From an uncultured Candidatus Saccharibacteria bacterium (GTDB lineage: Bacteria > Patescibacteriota > Minisyncoccia > Phycocordibacterales > UBA9973), in the NCBI GenBank assembly GCA_964468315.1, contig CAYXTA010000003.1:19000-82999 (forward strand): DNA of 64,000 bases, given 5' to 3'. Shown here piece by piece: positions 1 through 10,058 of the stretch (position 1 is the first letter of the stretch; the number at the start of each line of letters is the position of its first letter). Below the pieces are notes generated by a model. The model was not told the DNA's origin and did not search any database. It worked only from the letters and a program-made list of their open reading frames with translations. A program made the translations under genes and the position numbers.

Positions 1-125
1 GGCAAGCCGACGATTGTAAAAGAGTTGAGACCTCGAGAGAGATCAGTCTCTATTGTGACGATGCTTCCTTTGAGTAGATTTATTTGTGCTGAATATACTC
101 TTGCGAAACTCATTGTTTTAAAAAA

Positions 126-494
126 TTATTCGTTAATATGTTTTTTGCAGGTCTTTGCTGCTGGGTTTGCTTTCATACGAGCCATCTCGATATCTTTTTT
201 ACAAACTTCACATTTTCCGAAAGAAGTTTTGTTGATGTTTTTTATAGCAGAGAGAATGTTGTCCCATCTTTTTGCTAAATCACGAATCATAGAACTTTTA
301 CTTTCGTAATCTTCAAACCTGTCTGCTTGGTCATTTGAGTCTGCTTCTGGGAAATCCTGTGCTTCAGGTTGGGCTTCCCACTCACCTGTCTCAGGATTCA
401 GTGTTCCCATTCCACTCATTTGATTACTCAACATATCTTTCTCTTTTTCTAATTCCTCTTTAATTTTCTTTTTGTCTATCATTCCATATATCAT
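126..494 (-). CDS. DksA/TraR-family C4-type zinc-finger protein (variant CxxC-17-CxxH)
   Basis: C-terminal CEVCKKDIEMARMKANPAAKTCKKH matches the TraR/DksA CxxC-x17-CxxC finger with the last Cys replaced by His; acidic coiled N-terminus. Confidence 0.65.
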   Translation of the reverse strand: MIYGMIDKKKIKEELEKEKDMLSNQMSGMGTLNPETGEWEAQPEAQDFPEADSNDQADRFEDYESKSSMIRDLAKRWDNILSAIKNINKTSFGKCEVCKKDIEMARMKANPAAKTCKKHINE

Positions 495-552
495 AGCAAA
501 CTAGTTTTTTCTGGCAATGGTACAAAAAAGCCCTTGATTTTAGGTCAAAGGC

Positions 553-753
553 TTAATAGTTATTAAAAGGGTTAAATCGAATTTCCTCCATTTCATGTAA
601 CGGAAAATAGAGGCTTTTTAAAGGTTCTTCTTTTTCTTTACGAAGCCTTTCTGAGTTTTTGGTTGCTTCTTCCGTTGAATAGTCTATCTTATTGAATTGA
701 AAATTTTCACCATTTTTAAATAACTCACTTAGGGGTGCTTTACCTGTTTTCAT
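553..753 (-). CDS. hypothetical protein (66 aa)
   Basis: ORF only; no recognisable motif. Confidence 0.3.
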   Translation of the reverse strand: MKTGKAPLSELFKNGENFQFNKIDYSTEEATKNSERLRKEKEEPLKSLYFPLHEMEEIRFNPFNNY

Positions 754-815
754 AGTTTATAAGTTTAGGTATTTCTATGTTTAACTTATCATACTTTATA
801 AAAAGATACAAAGCA

Positions 816-1706
816 TTAATTAGCAAATTGAGCTGAATATAAACGATCCATGACTTCTTTTATGGCATCACTATTTGAAATAATGATTACTGAAGTTTCA
901 TCTACGAAAACATATTCTAGGATTTTGTTTTTTTCTGTATCATAAAGTACCCTACTGTTTTTGTTATTTGTGATACTGTCTTCGAAATTTTTTGTTAGTA
1001 AGTATTTTGTATCTGCATTGAGTTCCATGTCGAATAGGTCGTGTAAATCACTCCAGATTTTGTTTTCCCATATTTTCATTCCAGGGAAAATGTCTGTAAA
1101 TGATTTTATTTTCATGAGTATGAAAAGTGATTTGTCATTATTGTTGTTGTAAACACCGATCATGAAGTTTTCATTTGTGTACCCTGTTACTTCCTTTGAA
1201 ACATTACTTTTCATTAATTCCATAAACCTTGAGAAATTTACAACATTTTTATTTTCTGTTAGATATATTGCTTCTATACCTCCATTTTTAATTTGTAAAT
1301 TTGCAACTTCGTTTTTTATTGTTTCTATTATTTGGTTTTTAGAAAAACCTTCGATTTCTAGAAATTTATTTTGCTCTACGAAAATCATATTTTTCATTTG
1401 TTTTATTGGTTCTATTGTTGGCACTTTACCTCTTGAGTTGAAAGCAAAGAACAGTGAAACAAAAGCAGAAATCAATAAAATAGAACTGATTAACATCAGC
1501 ATTCTGTTTTTTGTTGATTCTGGTGATACATTTTCTTGTCTTTTTTGGCCTTCTTCTTGGTCTTGTATTATCTGTCTTATCATTCCACCTTCGACATGAT
1601 CAATAGCATTAGCCATATCTTCCGCATATGTTTTTACCAATCCGCTTTTTGGTGTCGGTGTTTCTGGGGCTGTTTCGGTTTTTGGAATTTCTTTTTCATT
1701 TTCCAT
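816..1706 (-). CDS. hypothetical membrane-anchored protein (296 aa)
   Basis: ORF with a single N-proximal hydrophobic helix (LMLISSILLISAFVSLFFAF) and acidic/Pro-rich N-terminus. Confidence 0.55.
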   Translation of the reverse strand: MENEKEIPKTETAPETPTPKSGLVKTYAEDMANAIDHVEGGMIRQIIQDQEEGQKRQENVSPESTKNRMLMLISSILLISAFVSLFFAFNSRGKVPTIEPIKQMKNMIFVEQNKFLEIEGFSKNQIIETIKNEVANLQIKNGGIEAIYLTENKNVVNFSRFMELMKSNVSKEVTGYTNENFMIGVYNNNNDKSLFILMKIKSFTDIFPGMKIWENKIWSDLHDLFDMELNADTKYLLTKNFEDSITNNKNSRVLYDTEKNKILEYVFVDETSVIIISNSDAIKEVMDRLYSAQFAN

Positions 1707-1813
1707 CTGATTAGTATAGCAAAAATAAACTTTTCTTTTTCTTGACTTTGTTGTACAAATATACTATAATCTCTTTGAATATATTTTAGTATAAACTTCT
1801 TAAACAATTTCAG

Positions 1814-2119
1814 ATGAGAAATTTTTTTAATAACACCGTAGTAGGGACGGCCTTAATCATGGCTTTGTGTCTCGTTACCCCCACATGCTTACCGTATATT
1901 TTATACGGTAAGACTCAAAATGGATATGTAATTCTTCGTACACCACACACTACTGAAGTGATTGTTGATGGAAGTAAAATCATTGTTGGTTCAAGTGACT
2001 GCCAGCCTTCCTACACTTTAATTAATAAGTCATGTGGAAAATTTATGATGGGATTCACAAACCCTTCTGTTTCAAAAGAAGATAAAGAGATATGGGATAA
2101 AGCCCTGGTGGTAAAATAG
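1814..2119 (+). CDS. small secreted hypothetical protein
   Basis: ORF with signal-peptide-like N-terminus, 4 Cys; followed by a terminator. Confidence 0.4.
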   Translation: MRNFFNNTVVGTALIMALCLVTPTCLPYILYGKTQNGYVILRTPHTTEVIVDGSKIIVGSSDCQPSYTLINKSCGKFMMGFTNPSVSKEDKEIWDKALVVK

Positions 2120-2133
2120 GGCAAAAAAGATTA

Positions 2134-2160
2134 AAAAAGCGACTAATGGTCGCTTTTTCT
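2134..2160. terminator. bidirectional rho-independent terminator (aaaaagcgac-taatg-gtcgcttttt)
   Basis: 10-bp perfect stem flanked by A-run and T-run between convergent genes. Confidence 0.6.
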
Positions 2161-2171
2161 TTTTGCTTATT

Positions 2172-4292
2172 TTACGCTTTAGGTTGGAAGAAAGTTGGGT
2201 TTGCTTCTTTGATAGAAAGTGAGATCTTTCCTCTTTGTGGATCGATAGCGATGACTTTCACTGGCACGATCATACCTTCTTTTAGTATATCAGTTACTCG
2301 CTCGACACGGAATGGTGCGATTTCAGAAATGTGAACCATTCCGTCTGTGAAGTCATTAAGTCGTACAAATCCGCCGAAGTCTGCAAGCTTCACTATCTCT
2401 CCTTGAAGAATTTCCCCTACTTTAAATTCGTGTGTCATTTCTTCTACGATTTGTTTTGCTTTTCCTGCTGAACCATCACGACCAGTGAAGTACACAGTTC
2501 CGTCGTCTTCGATAGTTATTTCTGCACCAGTCCTTTCTTTAATATCTTTAATTACTTTTCCTCCACTTCCTATAACTCCGCCTATTTGTTCTGGTTTGAT
2601 TTTGATAATTAAAATTTCCGGAGCATTTGGAGAAATCGTCGCACGAGGAGCACTAATTTCTTTTTGTATAGTATCGAGGATTGTGAGTCTAGCTTTTTTA
2701 CTTTGTGCCATAGCTTCACTTAATATTTTTATTGGCACACCATCGACTTTTACATCGAGTTGTATTGCAGTTATTCCTTCTCTTGTTCCTGCGACTTTGA
2801 AATCCATGTCACCATGGTGATCTTCTGGTCCTTGAATGTCAGTTAATATTTTGTATGCATTATCATTTTCATACATGAGCCCCATCGCAATTCCAGCTAC
2901 AGGATTTTTTATTGGAACACCAGCATCCATGAGCGCGAGCGTTGAAGCACAAATACTTGCTTGTGAAGTGGAACCATTTGATGCCATTGATTCAGAAACG
3001 ATACGAATAGTGTAAGGAAAAATTTCTTTTTCTGGAAGAACCATGAGTAATGCTTTTTCTGCGAGTGCTCCGTGTCCTATCTCACGACGATTTGTCATTC
3101 CACTTCTTCCTGGTTCTCCTGCAGAGAATGGAGGAAAATTATAGTGATGCATAAATCTTCTTGAAGTTTGTAAATCCATTCCATTCACTTCTTGTTTATC
3201 TTCAGGACCACCGAGTGTGAGTGCAGAGAGTACATGTGTGCCTCCGCGATAAAATATTCCTGAGCCGTGTAAAATCTTTGAAAGATTTCCTGCTTGCGCA
3301 TAGAGTTCACGAACTTCATCCATCGCTCTTCCGTCTGCTCTGCGATTTTCTTTGATAGCTTTTTCATGAAGCATATCATTTTCTGTTTCATCAAAAATGT
3401 CGTCTTCTAGTTGAAAATCTTTTTTATCTGTTCCTACATATTTTTCTTTTACTAAGTTATTCCACTCACTGTGAAGTTCATCTATTTTCTTTTTCCCTGC
3501 TCCAGCAAAAATAGCACTTTCCATTTTTGGTAAAATATTTTCTTTGAAAAGGTTCAAACTTTCTTCACTTATTTTTTCGTGTTCGATAACTCTTTTTTCA
3601 TGACCGATTTCTTTTTGAATATTTTTTTGGAATTCTTCGAGTTTGGTGATTTCTTTACTTGCGAGTTCTAATGCTTCTGTGAGCTCTTCTTCTTTTGCTT
3701 GACGAGCTGCTGCTTCGATCATGTTTATTGTTCCTTCTCTTCCACAGACAGTGAGATCAAATTTGTATGGATACTCTTCTTGTCTTTTTGTTGTAGGAAT
3801 ATTTATTGCTAAATTTTCATCATCGTATTTTCCAACACGTACACAACCTATTGGTCCCTTCCATGGAATATTTGAAACGACGAGTGCGAGTGATGCAGCA
3901 TTCACTGCGAGCATCGCTGGATCATTGTCGTCACATGCGATTACAGTTACGATGACTTGTACTGCATGTCGCATTTTTTGGTCAAAGAGTGGGCGGATAG
4001 TTCTGTCGATTACGCGTGATGCGAGTATCGCTTCATTAGATGGTTTACCTTCACGACGTACATATTGTGAACCTAATATTTTTCCTGATGCATAAAATTT
4101 TTCTGCGTAGTCTACGGTAAGATTAAAAAATCCTAAACCTGCTTGCTTATCTTTACTCATACATGCAGTTGCCAAGACTATTGTTTCACCGTATTTCAAC
4201 ATCACTGATCCATGCGCTTGGTCAGTTAAATCTGAAAAAATAGCGGTCATGACCTTCCCACCGATTTCTACTTGATACTCTTTTTTATTCAT
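2172..4292 (-). CDS. pnp: polyribonucleotide nucleotidyltransferase (PNPase)
   Basis: 706 aa; two RNase PH domains, KH and S1 domains (GGVIGSGGKVIKDI..., FKVGEILQGEIVKLADFGGFVRL). Confidence 0.95.
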   Translation of the reverse strand: MNKKEYQVEIGGKVMTAIFSDLTDQAHGSVMLKYGETIVLATACMSKDKQAGLGFFNLTVDYAEKFYASGKILGSQYVRREGKPSNEAILASRVIDRTIRPLFDQKMRHAVQVIVTVIACDDNDPAMLAVNAASLALVVSNIPWKGPIGCVRVGKYDDENLAINIPTTKRQEEYPYKFDLTVCGREGTINMIEAAARQAKEEELTEALELASKEITKLEEFQKNIQKEIGHEKRVIEHEKISEESLNLFKENILPKMESAIFAGAGKKKIDELHSEWNNLVKEKYVGTDKKDFQLEDDIFDETENDMLHEKAIKENRRADGRAMDEVRELYAQAGNLSKILHGSGIFYRGGTHVLSALTLGGPEDKQEVNGMDLQTSRRFMHHYNFPPFSAGEPGRSGMTNRREIGHGALAEKALLMVLPEKEIFPYTIRIVSESMASNGSTSQASICASTLALMDAGVPIKNPVAGIAMGLMYENDNAYKILTDIQGPEDHHGDMDFKVAGTREGITAIQLDVKVDGVPIKILSEAMAQSKKARLTILDTIQKEISAPRATISPNAPEILIIKIKPEQIGGVIGSGGKVIKDIKERTGAEITIEDDGTVYFTGRDGSAGKAKQIVEEMTHEFKVGEILQGEIVKLADFGGFVRLNDFTDGMVHISEIAPFRVERVTDILKEGMIVPVKVIAIDPQRGKISLSIKEANPTFFQPKA

Positions 4293-4425
4293 ATTATTTT
4301 TTTAGCTTATCTTTAGAATAAAGTATTGTTTCACAAAAGCTTGTGCCACAAGATCTCTATCTAAAGACAAACTGATTAACTATTAAATATACTGGTTATA
4401 CTAGCATTTTTTCCCAAAAATGGAA

Positions 4426-4460
4426 ATAAAAAAATTCCACACTGTGTGGAATTTTTTTTG
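4426..4460 (-). terminator. terminator downstream of NYN gene (attccacac-t-gtgtggaat)
   Basis: 9-bp perfect stem with flanking A/T runs. Confidence 0.5.
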
Positions 4461-4468
4461 TGAAACGT

Positions 4469-4984
4469 TTATTTATTACTTCCTCCTATAAGATACTTTC
4501 TTGGATTCGCAGAGAGGTCGACGAATTCGTCGACGACTTCGCGGAGTTTTGATGAAGTAGATTTTCCAAATGATGCGACTTCGACTTGTGTACCAGAGAC
4601 TTGTAAGTATTCAACTAGTGGAATAAAATCTCCGTCACCTGAAATGATGATAACAGCGTCGAGCTTCGGTGCCATTTTGATAGCATCCATAGCGAGGCCG
4701 ACATCCCAATCCGCTTTCTTTGCACCACCAGCAAAAACTTGCAAATCTTTTGTTTTGGTTTCAATACCGATTTTATTTAATGCTTCGAAAAAGTTTTTCT
4801 CATCCCCTGCTTCTGTAGTGATGACATATGCGACAGCACGCACGAGTTTGCGACCTGCGACAACATCTTTCAAAATATTTCCGAAGTTCACGCGAGCGTG
4901 ATATAAATTGCGAGCACTGTGATAAACGTTTTGTGTGTCGATGAATACAGCGACTCTTTGTTCTTTGTGTTTTATGATTGACAT
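4469..4984 (-). CDS. NYN-domain (LabA-like) protein
   Basis: VAVFIDTQNVYHSARNLY ... IIISGDGDFIPLVEYL pattern typical of NYN/PIN-like nucleases. Confidence 0.75.
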   Translation of the reverse strand: MSIIKHKEQRVAVFIDTQNVYHSARNLYHARVNFGNILKDVVAGRKLVRAVAYVITTEAGDEKNFFEALNKIGIETKTKDLQVFAGGAKKADWDVGLAMDAIKMAPKLDAVIIISGDGDFIPLVEYLQVSGTQVEVASFGKSTSSKLREVVDEFVDLSANPRKYLIGGSNK

Positions 4985-5016
4985 ATATTTAAATTATACT
5001 CTTTTGAGTTACAAAT

Positions 5017-5050
5017 TAAAATCCCCTGCTAGGCAGAGGATTTTAATTTT
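5017..5050 (-). terminator. terminator downstream of rpsO
   Basis: atcccctgc-tag-gcagaggat hairpin plus T-run. Confidence 0.5.
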
Positions 5051-5314
5051 TTATGCTAAGTCCATTTGTTTCATTATAGCTTCGTACGCAGTTTTGTTTT
5101 TTCTTTGTAAATATTTTAAGTGAGTTCTGCGATCTGCAACCATTTTGATAAGTCCGCGACGAGAGTGATTGTCCTTCTTGTGCTTCTTTAGGTGCTTTGC
5201 GAGTTCGTCTATTTGTGTAGACAAAATAGCCACTTGGACTTGAGATGAACCTGTGTCCTTCTCATGAGCTTGGTGTTTTTTAATAACTGCTTGTTTTTTC
5301 TTTGTTGCTAACAT
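5051..5314 (-). CDS. rpsO: 30S ribosomal protein S15
   Basis: 87 aa; HEKDTGSSQVQVAILSTQI...HLKKHKKDNHSRRGL signature. Confidence 0.95.
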   Translation of the reverse strand: MLATKKKQAVIKKHQAHEKDTGSSQVQVAILSTQIDELAKHLKKHKKDNHSRRGLIKMVADRRTHLKYLQRKNKTAYEAIMKQMDLA

Positions 5315-5399
5315 GCTTAGATAGTAGCATAAAGCTAAAAAAATTGCAAGTACCCGTGTCGCACAATATTTTGAGTCTTTTTTGATATACTATATATGT

Positions 5400-6317
5400 A
5401 TGGCTTCAAAGATAGAACAACTCAAAAGACAATTTTTGGAATATTTAGAAATTGAAAAAGGTTCAAGTTTGAAAACTGTCAGAAATTACGAGCACTACTT
5501 GAGTAGGTTTTTTGATTTTACAAAAATCACAGAACCAAAAGAAATCACAGATGAAAATATTCGTGAATTCAGACTTTTTTTAAATAGACAAAGTGGTGTG
5601 AAAGTCCGCGGGCAAGTGTCTGCGACGATGAAAAAAAATACTCAAAATTATTATCTCATAGCTCTTCGTGTGTTTCTAAAATATATGATGAAAAGAGATA
5701 TCAGTGCCCTCTCCCCTGATCGTATAGAACTAGCAAAAATAAAAGAGAGAAGCTTGGACTTGATAACTGAAAATGAACTCGAAAGACTTCTCTCTGGGCC
5801 AAATGGAAATGATTTGAAAAATCTTCGCGATAAAGCAATACTCGAACTTTTCTTTTCTACTGGTCTTCGTGTCTCAGAGCTCGCATCTATAAATAGAGAT
5901 TTGGATATTTCAAAAGAAGAATTTTCTATCCGAGGAAAAGGTGAAAAAGTACGCGTAGTTTTTCTTTCTGAGAGTGCTCGTAATGCAGTGAAAGAATATT
6001 TAAAAAAGAGAGATGATATGGAAGAAGCGATGTTTGTGAAAATAACAAATAATAAAAAAGACACAGCAAGCAGACTCACGACTAGGTCAATAGAAAGAAT
6101 AGTAAAATATTATGCGACGAAAGCTGGTATTTCAAAAAAAGTTACTCCGCACGTTATACGTCACTCTTTTGCTACAGATCTTCTTTCAAATGGAGCAGAT
6201 ATTCGATCTGTGCAGATGATGCTAGGTCATGCAAATATTGCGACTACTCAAATATATACTCACGTCACAGACAAACAACTTCTCGAAGTACACAAAAAAT
6301 TCCACAGTAAAAAATAA
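5400..6317 (+). CDS. tyrosine recombinase, XerC/XerD family
   Basis: C-terminal catalytic HVIRHSFATDLLSNGADIRSVQMMLGHANIATTQIYTHV (R..HxxR...Y); ATG at 5400 preferred over TTG at 5382. Confidence 0.9.
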   Translation: MASKIEQLKRQFLEYLEIEKGSSLKTVRNYEHYLSRFFDFTKITEPKEITDENIREFRLFLNRQSGVKVRGQVSATMKKNTQNYYLIALRVFLKYMMKRDISALSPDRIELAKIKERSLDLITENELERLLSGPNGNDLKNLRDKAILELFFSTGLRVSELASINRDLDISKEEFSIRGKGEKVRVVFLSESARNAVKEYLKKRDDMEEAMFVKITNNKKDTASRLTTRSIERIVKYYATKAGISKKVTPHVIRHSFATDLLSNGADIRSVQMMLGHANIATTQIYTHVTDKQLLEVHKKFHSKK

Positions 6318-6444
6318 AAAAACGGCCTGCATAGTAGCAGACCGTCTTACTCGAGTTACAAAATATCCGTGGTTTACTTTTTGTACGATCAGAAAATCAT
6401 ACATGTATTGAGGGATGCGAAAATCGCCCGAGTCGTTTTTTAAA

Positions 6445-6609
6445 TTAGATAAAAGTACTAATTTCTTCTTTCTTTACATGTTTGGGTTCTACATGCTTGT
6501 AATGTTTTTGTAATTCTTTTTCTTTTTTTGTTTGCTTCTTTTTTGGGTTAAAAATAAATGAAAACAAACCCTCAATTAATGATTCTTTTTTTTCTTTTTT
6601 TTCCGACAT
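6445..6609 (-). CDS. possible small lysine-rich protein (54 aa)
   Basis: MSEKKEKKESLIEGLFSFIFNPKKKQTKKEKELQKHYKHVEPKHVKKEEISTFI read by hand from minus strand; below ORF-track size cutoff. Confidence 0.25.
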   Translation of the reverse strand: MSEKKEKKESLIEGLFSFIFNPKKKQTKKEKELQKHYKHVEPKHVKKEEISTFI

Positions 6610-6724
6610 AATTTCTTGTTTTTAAGGATCTATAAATATTTAAAATTTCATTTATATAATAACCTATTTTCTATAAAAAAGCAAGTTTTGTGATAGGGCT
6701 TTTGTTTTGTGTTATTATTCCTAT

Positions 6725-7498
6725 ATGACAAAAATAATTTCTTGGAATACAAACGGTTTGCGTGCGACAGCAAAACAAGGATTTTTTACTCCCATTTTTA
6801 AAAAATATAAACCCGACATTTTGTGTTTACAAGAAACGAAAGTAGAACCCGATCAGTTACCCGATGATGTACGAAATATAAAAGGTTATGAAAGTTTTTT
6901 CTCATATTCAAAATTAAGAAAAGGATACAGTGGTGTTGCTTTATATACAAAACAAAAACCACTAGAAGTTTTTTATGGAATGGGAATAAAGAAATTCGAT
7001 GATGAAGGTAGAATAGTCGGAGCAAAGTTCAAAGATTACACTATTATATGTGGTTACTATCCAAATGGTGGTTCTGGTCCACATCGTCTTGAATATAAAC
7101 TTGAATTTTATGATGCATTTTTGAAATTCATCCTGAATTTACGAAAAAAAGGTGAGAATGTTATATTTTGTGGTGATATAAACACTGCACACGAAGCAGT
7201 CGACCTCGCTCGCCCTAAAGCAAATGAAGAAAATACAGGTTTCCTCCCTATCGAGCGCGCATGGATTACCAAAGTTATAAAAAATAATTTTATCGATATT
7301 TTTCGAAAAATGAATCCAAATAAAAAAGATATCTATACATATTGGGACCAGAAGACAGCTTCTCGTACTCGCAATGTTGGTTGGCGTATTGATTATTTTT
7401 TTGTTGATGAAAAAATAGTACCAAAAGTAAAAAATACAGGTATGATTACAGACTATATGGGTTCAGACCACTGCCCTATTTTTCTTGATTTAAAATAA
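6725..7498 (+). CDS. xth: exodeoxyribonuclease III (AP endonuclease, Xth family)
   Basis: MTKIISWNTNGLRA...ILCLQETK...GDINTAHEAVDLA...WDQ...SDHCPI motifs. Confidence 0.9.
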   Translation: MTKIISWNTNGLRATAKQGFFTPIFKKYKPDILCLQETKVEPDQLPDDVRNIKGYESFFSYSKLRKGYSGVALYTKQKPLEVFYGMGIKKFDDEGRIVGAKFKDYTIICGYYPNGGSGPHRLEYKLEFYDAFLKFILNLRKKGENVIFCGDINTAHEAVDLARPKANEENTGFLPIERAWITKVIKNNFIDIFRKMNPNKKDIYTYWDQKTASRTRNVGWRIDYFFVDEKIVPKVKNTGMITDYMGSDHCPIFLDLK

Positions 7499-7594
7499 AG
7501 ATAAGTATTGACTTAGTTCCTTTTAAAATGTAGTCTTAAGCCAGAAATTAAACTCCTACCTTAACAATTAAAACCTTAAATTAAACCTGAAGTC

Positions 7595-9229
7595 ATGATC
7601 TTAGTACCTGAGAAAGAACTCGTCAATAAATCTGAAGAGTTTCTCAGGAACCTGAAAGACTCTCTGCCCCCACTTCTTGATGTAATCCATAAAAAGATTA
7701 CCATTGGAAATGTTATAAGATCTCCAATAGGAGCGCCTTACTTCTTTATTTATCTTCCACAAAGCATACAAGCAGATGGTATTGCGATTGCTGAAATAGA
7801 ACAATCTATAATTAATTTTGGAGGAAAGTTTACCATGAGTACTCCTTTAGGAAATGTAGATGCAATCCAAGTCACTCTTGCGCTCAAAGATGTAAGTGAA
7901 TTCAGATTCAAAAAAACAAAAAATACGTACGAAACAACAAATAAAAACAATATAGAAATCATGAAAAAAGTAGCTATTAAAGACTTCCAAGACTTAAAAA
8001 AAGAAATTAAAAATTTCTTAAAAATGCTCTGTTTTACAGATACACATTATTCACAGATAATTCCTGAAGCAGATCTTAATATGGAGTACGGACCTGTATT
8101 CTTAAAAGAGAAAGCTTATGCAGATTATGTAATTGCTCAAGCCGAAAAATACAAGAAACTCAATGGATATGTTGTTGCTCGGGTTGGGGAAATAAAAAAC
8201 GTTTACTTTAAGATTGGGTTTATTAACCCATTGACTGAAGAACAACCGTTACCACCGGAATTCACTGTTGTTCCTACTACTACAAAGGAAGAGGCTCCCA
8301 AACCACTGCTTGTTCAAGCCCCTGTTCCTCTTTCTAAAGAAAAAGTTGAAACTAATAATAACGAAGATCCACGTTCTGGTTTAATTGCACTCTTGAAAGC
8401 TAACAATTTCAAAATGGGACCAGATTTCAGTTCTATCACATTGAACGCTACTAAAACTCGTGCTTCGATAAATAGTATTCAGACGAAACGTCAGGAAATG
8501 ATTGAAATGTTCACAAAGGATGGCTCATTCGATTCTCTGGGATTAGAAAGTCCTAAATCTATCCAGGTGAATTTGGAGCTTTTCAAAAAACTTTCAAATA
8601 TTTCTGGTGTTGAATCCAAAGTTCCTGTAGAGAAAAAAGCGTCTAAAGATACTAGTACAAAGAACGATAAAAGTGAGGATAAACAGAACAGAAGTATCCT
8701 TAGTAACTTTTTACGCTCTAATGGTTTAAAACCTGGTATTCATTATGAAAGGATTATACCTAGTACAAAACAAGGTTTTGCAATACTAAAAAAGGTACCT
8801 GTTGATGGAGGTCAGCGTGAAGAACTTTTAGCTGTATTTAAAAACAGTAATGCGTTTGAATGCTTGGATTTTTCCAATGAGAAATCAATCACGGTGAATC
8901 TGGTTGTATTAAAAAACTCTTTGATTGGAAAAACTAAAGCAACACAAAGCCAGGATAAAAAAGTAGTTAAAGTCAAAGAAGACAAGGTTCCTAAAAAAGT
9001 TGAACAAACTATTGATTTTTCTGAGCCGTTACATAAGCTTGAAGAGATCTCTAATAGGTTAGATCTAATGACAAAAAAGATTCAATTTGACCCCGCAACT
9101 ATTTGGGACTTTATAAAATCTAATTTTTCAAAAGATTATGAATTTGAACTTTTAGTAAGGAGAAAAACTCCCGAAGGAGAAATATCAAAAGTAATTTCAC
9201 AAGAAGAATTACTTAAAATATTTCTCTAG
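7595..9229 (+). CDS. hypothetical protein (544 aa, Lys-rich)
   Basis: long ORF, no recognisable domain. Confidence 0.55.
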   Translation: MILVPEKELVNKSEEFLRNLKDSLPPLLDVIHKKITIGNVIRSPIGAPYFFIYLPQSIQADGIAIAEIEQSIINFGGKFTMSTPLGNVDAIQVTLALKDVSEFRFKKTKNTYETTNKNNIEIMKKVAIKDFQDLKKEIKNFLKMLCFTDTHYSQIIPEADLNMEYGPVFLKEKAYADYVIAQAEKYKKLNGYVVARVGEIKNVYFKIGFINPLTEEQPLPPEFTVVPTTTKEEAPKPLLVQAPVPLSKEKVETNNNEDPRSGLIALLKANNFKMGPDFSSITLNATKTRASINSIQTKRQEMIEMFTKDGSFDSLGLESPKSIQVNLELFKKLSNISGVESKVPVEKKASKDTSTKNDKSEDKQNRSILSNFLRSNGLKPGIHYERIIPSTKQGFAILKKVPVDGGQREELLAVFKNSNAFECLDFSNEKSITVNLVVLKNSLIGKTKATQSQDKKVVKVKEDKVPKKVEQTIDFSEPLHKLEEISNRLDLMTKKIQFDPATIWDFIKSNFSKDYEFELLVRRKTPEGEISKVISQEELLKIFL

Positions 9230-9248
9230 TAGATTGTAATTAATAATA

Positions 9249-9288
9249 AAAACCAGTTTAGAAAAAAGTTTCTAAACTGGTTTTTTAT
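9249..9288 (+). terminator. rho-independent terminator (ccagtttagaaa/tttctaaactgg)
   Basis: 12-bp perfect stem + T6. Confidence 0.65.
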
Positions 9289-9293
9289 TTTTC

Positions 9294-9322
9294 TTGCAAA
9301 ACTTAATATTTTGTTGTAATGT
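9294..9322 (+). promoter_or_regulatory. sigma70-like promoter TTGCAA-17-TAATGT
   Basis: immediately after terminator, 55 nt upstream of the 9378 ORF. Confidence 0.45.
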
Positions 9323-9377
9323 TTGGTTAAACAAATTCAGTACTCACCGAGCAAAAGCTCATTAAAAACTATATAAA

Positions 9378-9782
9378 ATGAAATCAAATACAGTAATCAA
9401 TTCAAAAGAATTGATGCTTCTATGCATCATTCGCAATAATATTGTTAGAGCTAAAAACCTAAAAATATTCGTTTGGACTATACGCCACGGGTTCTATGTT
9501 CATGATAAACTTAGAGACTTACCAGTATTTTATGAAGGTAATGATCTCAAGCTCATGAAAGATAACTTTTGCAAGGAAGCTAATGAAAAAATACCTGTGC
9601 AAGAGTCTATTTTTCGAAATTTTATTGTTAATGAAGCTAATTTCGTATCTTTATCAGATAAAGATGAAGATATGAGTTGGTATGGACCTTTCATGGATGA
9701 GGTTACTTATGATGGTGACTTTGAGCTTGAGATTGAATTGTCTTCAAGAGAAAAACAAATAATCAATCAATACTGTAATTAA
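9378..9782 (+). CDS. hypothetical protein (134 aa)
   Basis: ORF only. Confidence 0.45.
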   Translation: MKSNTVINSKELMLLCIIRNNIVRAKNLKIFVWTIRHGFYVHDKLRDLPVFYEGNDLKLMKDNFCKEANEKIPVQESIFRNFIVNEANFVSLSDKDEDMSWYGPFMDEVTYDGDFELEIELSSREKQIINQYCN

Positions 9783-9794
9783 AAAATAAAGAAA

Positions 9795-10007
9795 ATGAAA
9801 ATGGTAAGATTTTTAATCGGCAGTGTTCTGTTGGGTTTATTCGACAGAGTATGTATTATATTTTTTACAATCGTTTGCTTGATTGTTTCGCTCCTAGTCT
9901 TGTGTGTTTATTGCACTATTAATTTTGTTGAATTTTTTAGAAAAAACAAAATTCAATTTCGACCTAAAATTGAAACCATGGATTCACTTACATATCCTAA
10001 ACAATAG
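9795..10007 (+). CDS. small hydrophobic protein (70 aa, 2 predicted TM)
   Basis: ORF with two hydrophobic stretches. Confidence 0.3.
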   Translation: MKMVRFLIGSVLLGLFDRVCIIFFTIVCLIVSLLVLCVYCTINFVEFFRKNKIQFRPKIETMDSLTYPKQ

Positions 10008-10020
10008 TATTAAAATCATT

Positions 10021-10058
10021 CAAAAAACCTGTTCACAGATGTGCTCAGGTTTTTTTAT
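10021..10058. terminator. bidirectional terminator (aacctg...caggtt + T7)
   Basis: hairpin between convergent genes. Confidence 0.45.

Noticed and set aside
2485-4095. ORF-track ORFs antisense to pnp (2485-2820, 3185-3394, 3721-4095)
   Set aside because: Shadow ORFs inside a strongly supported conserved gene; no independent signals
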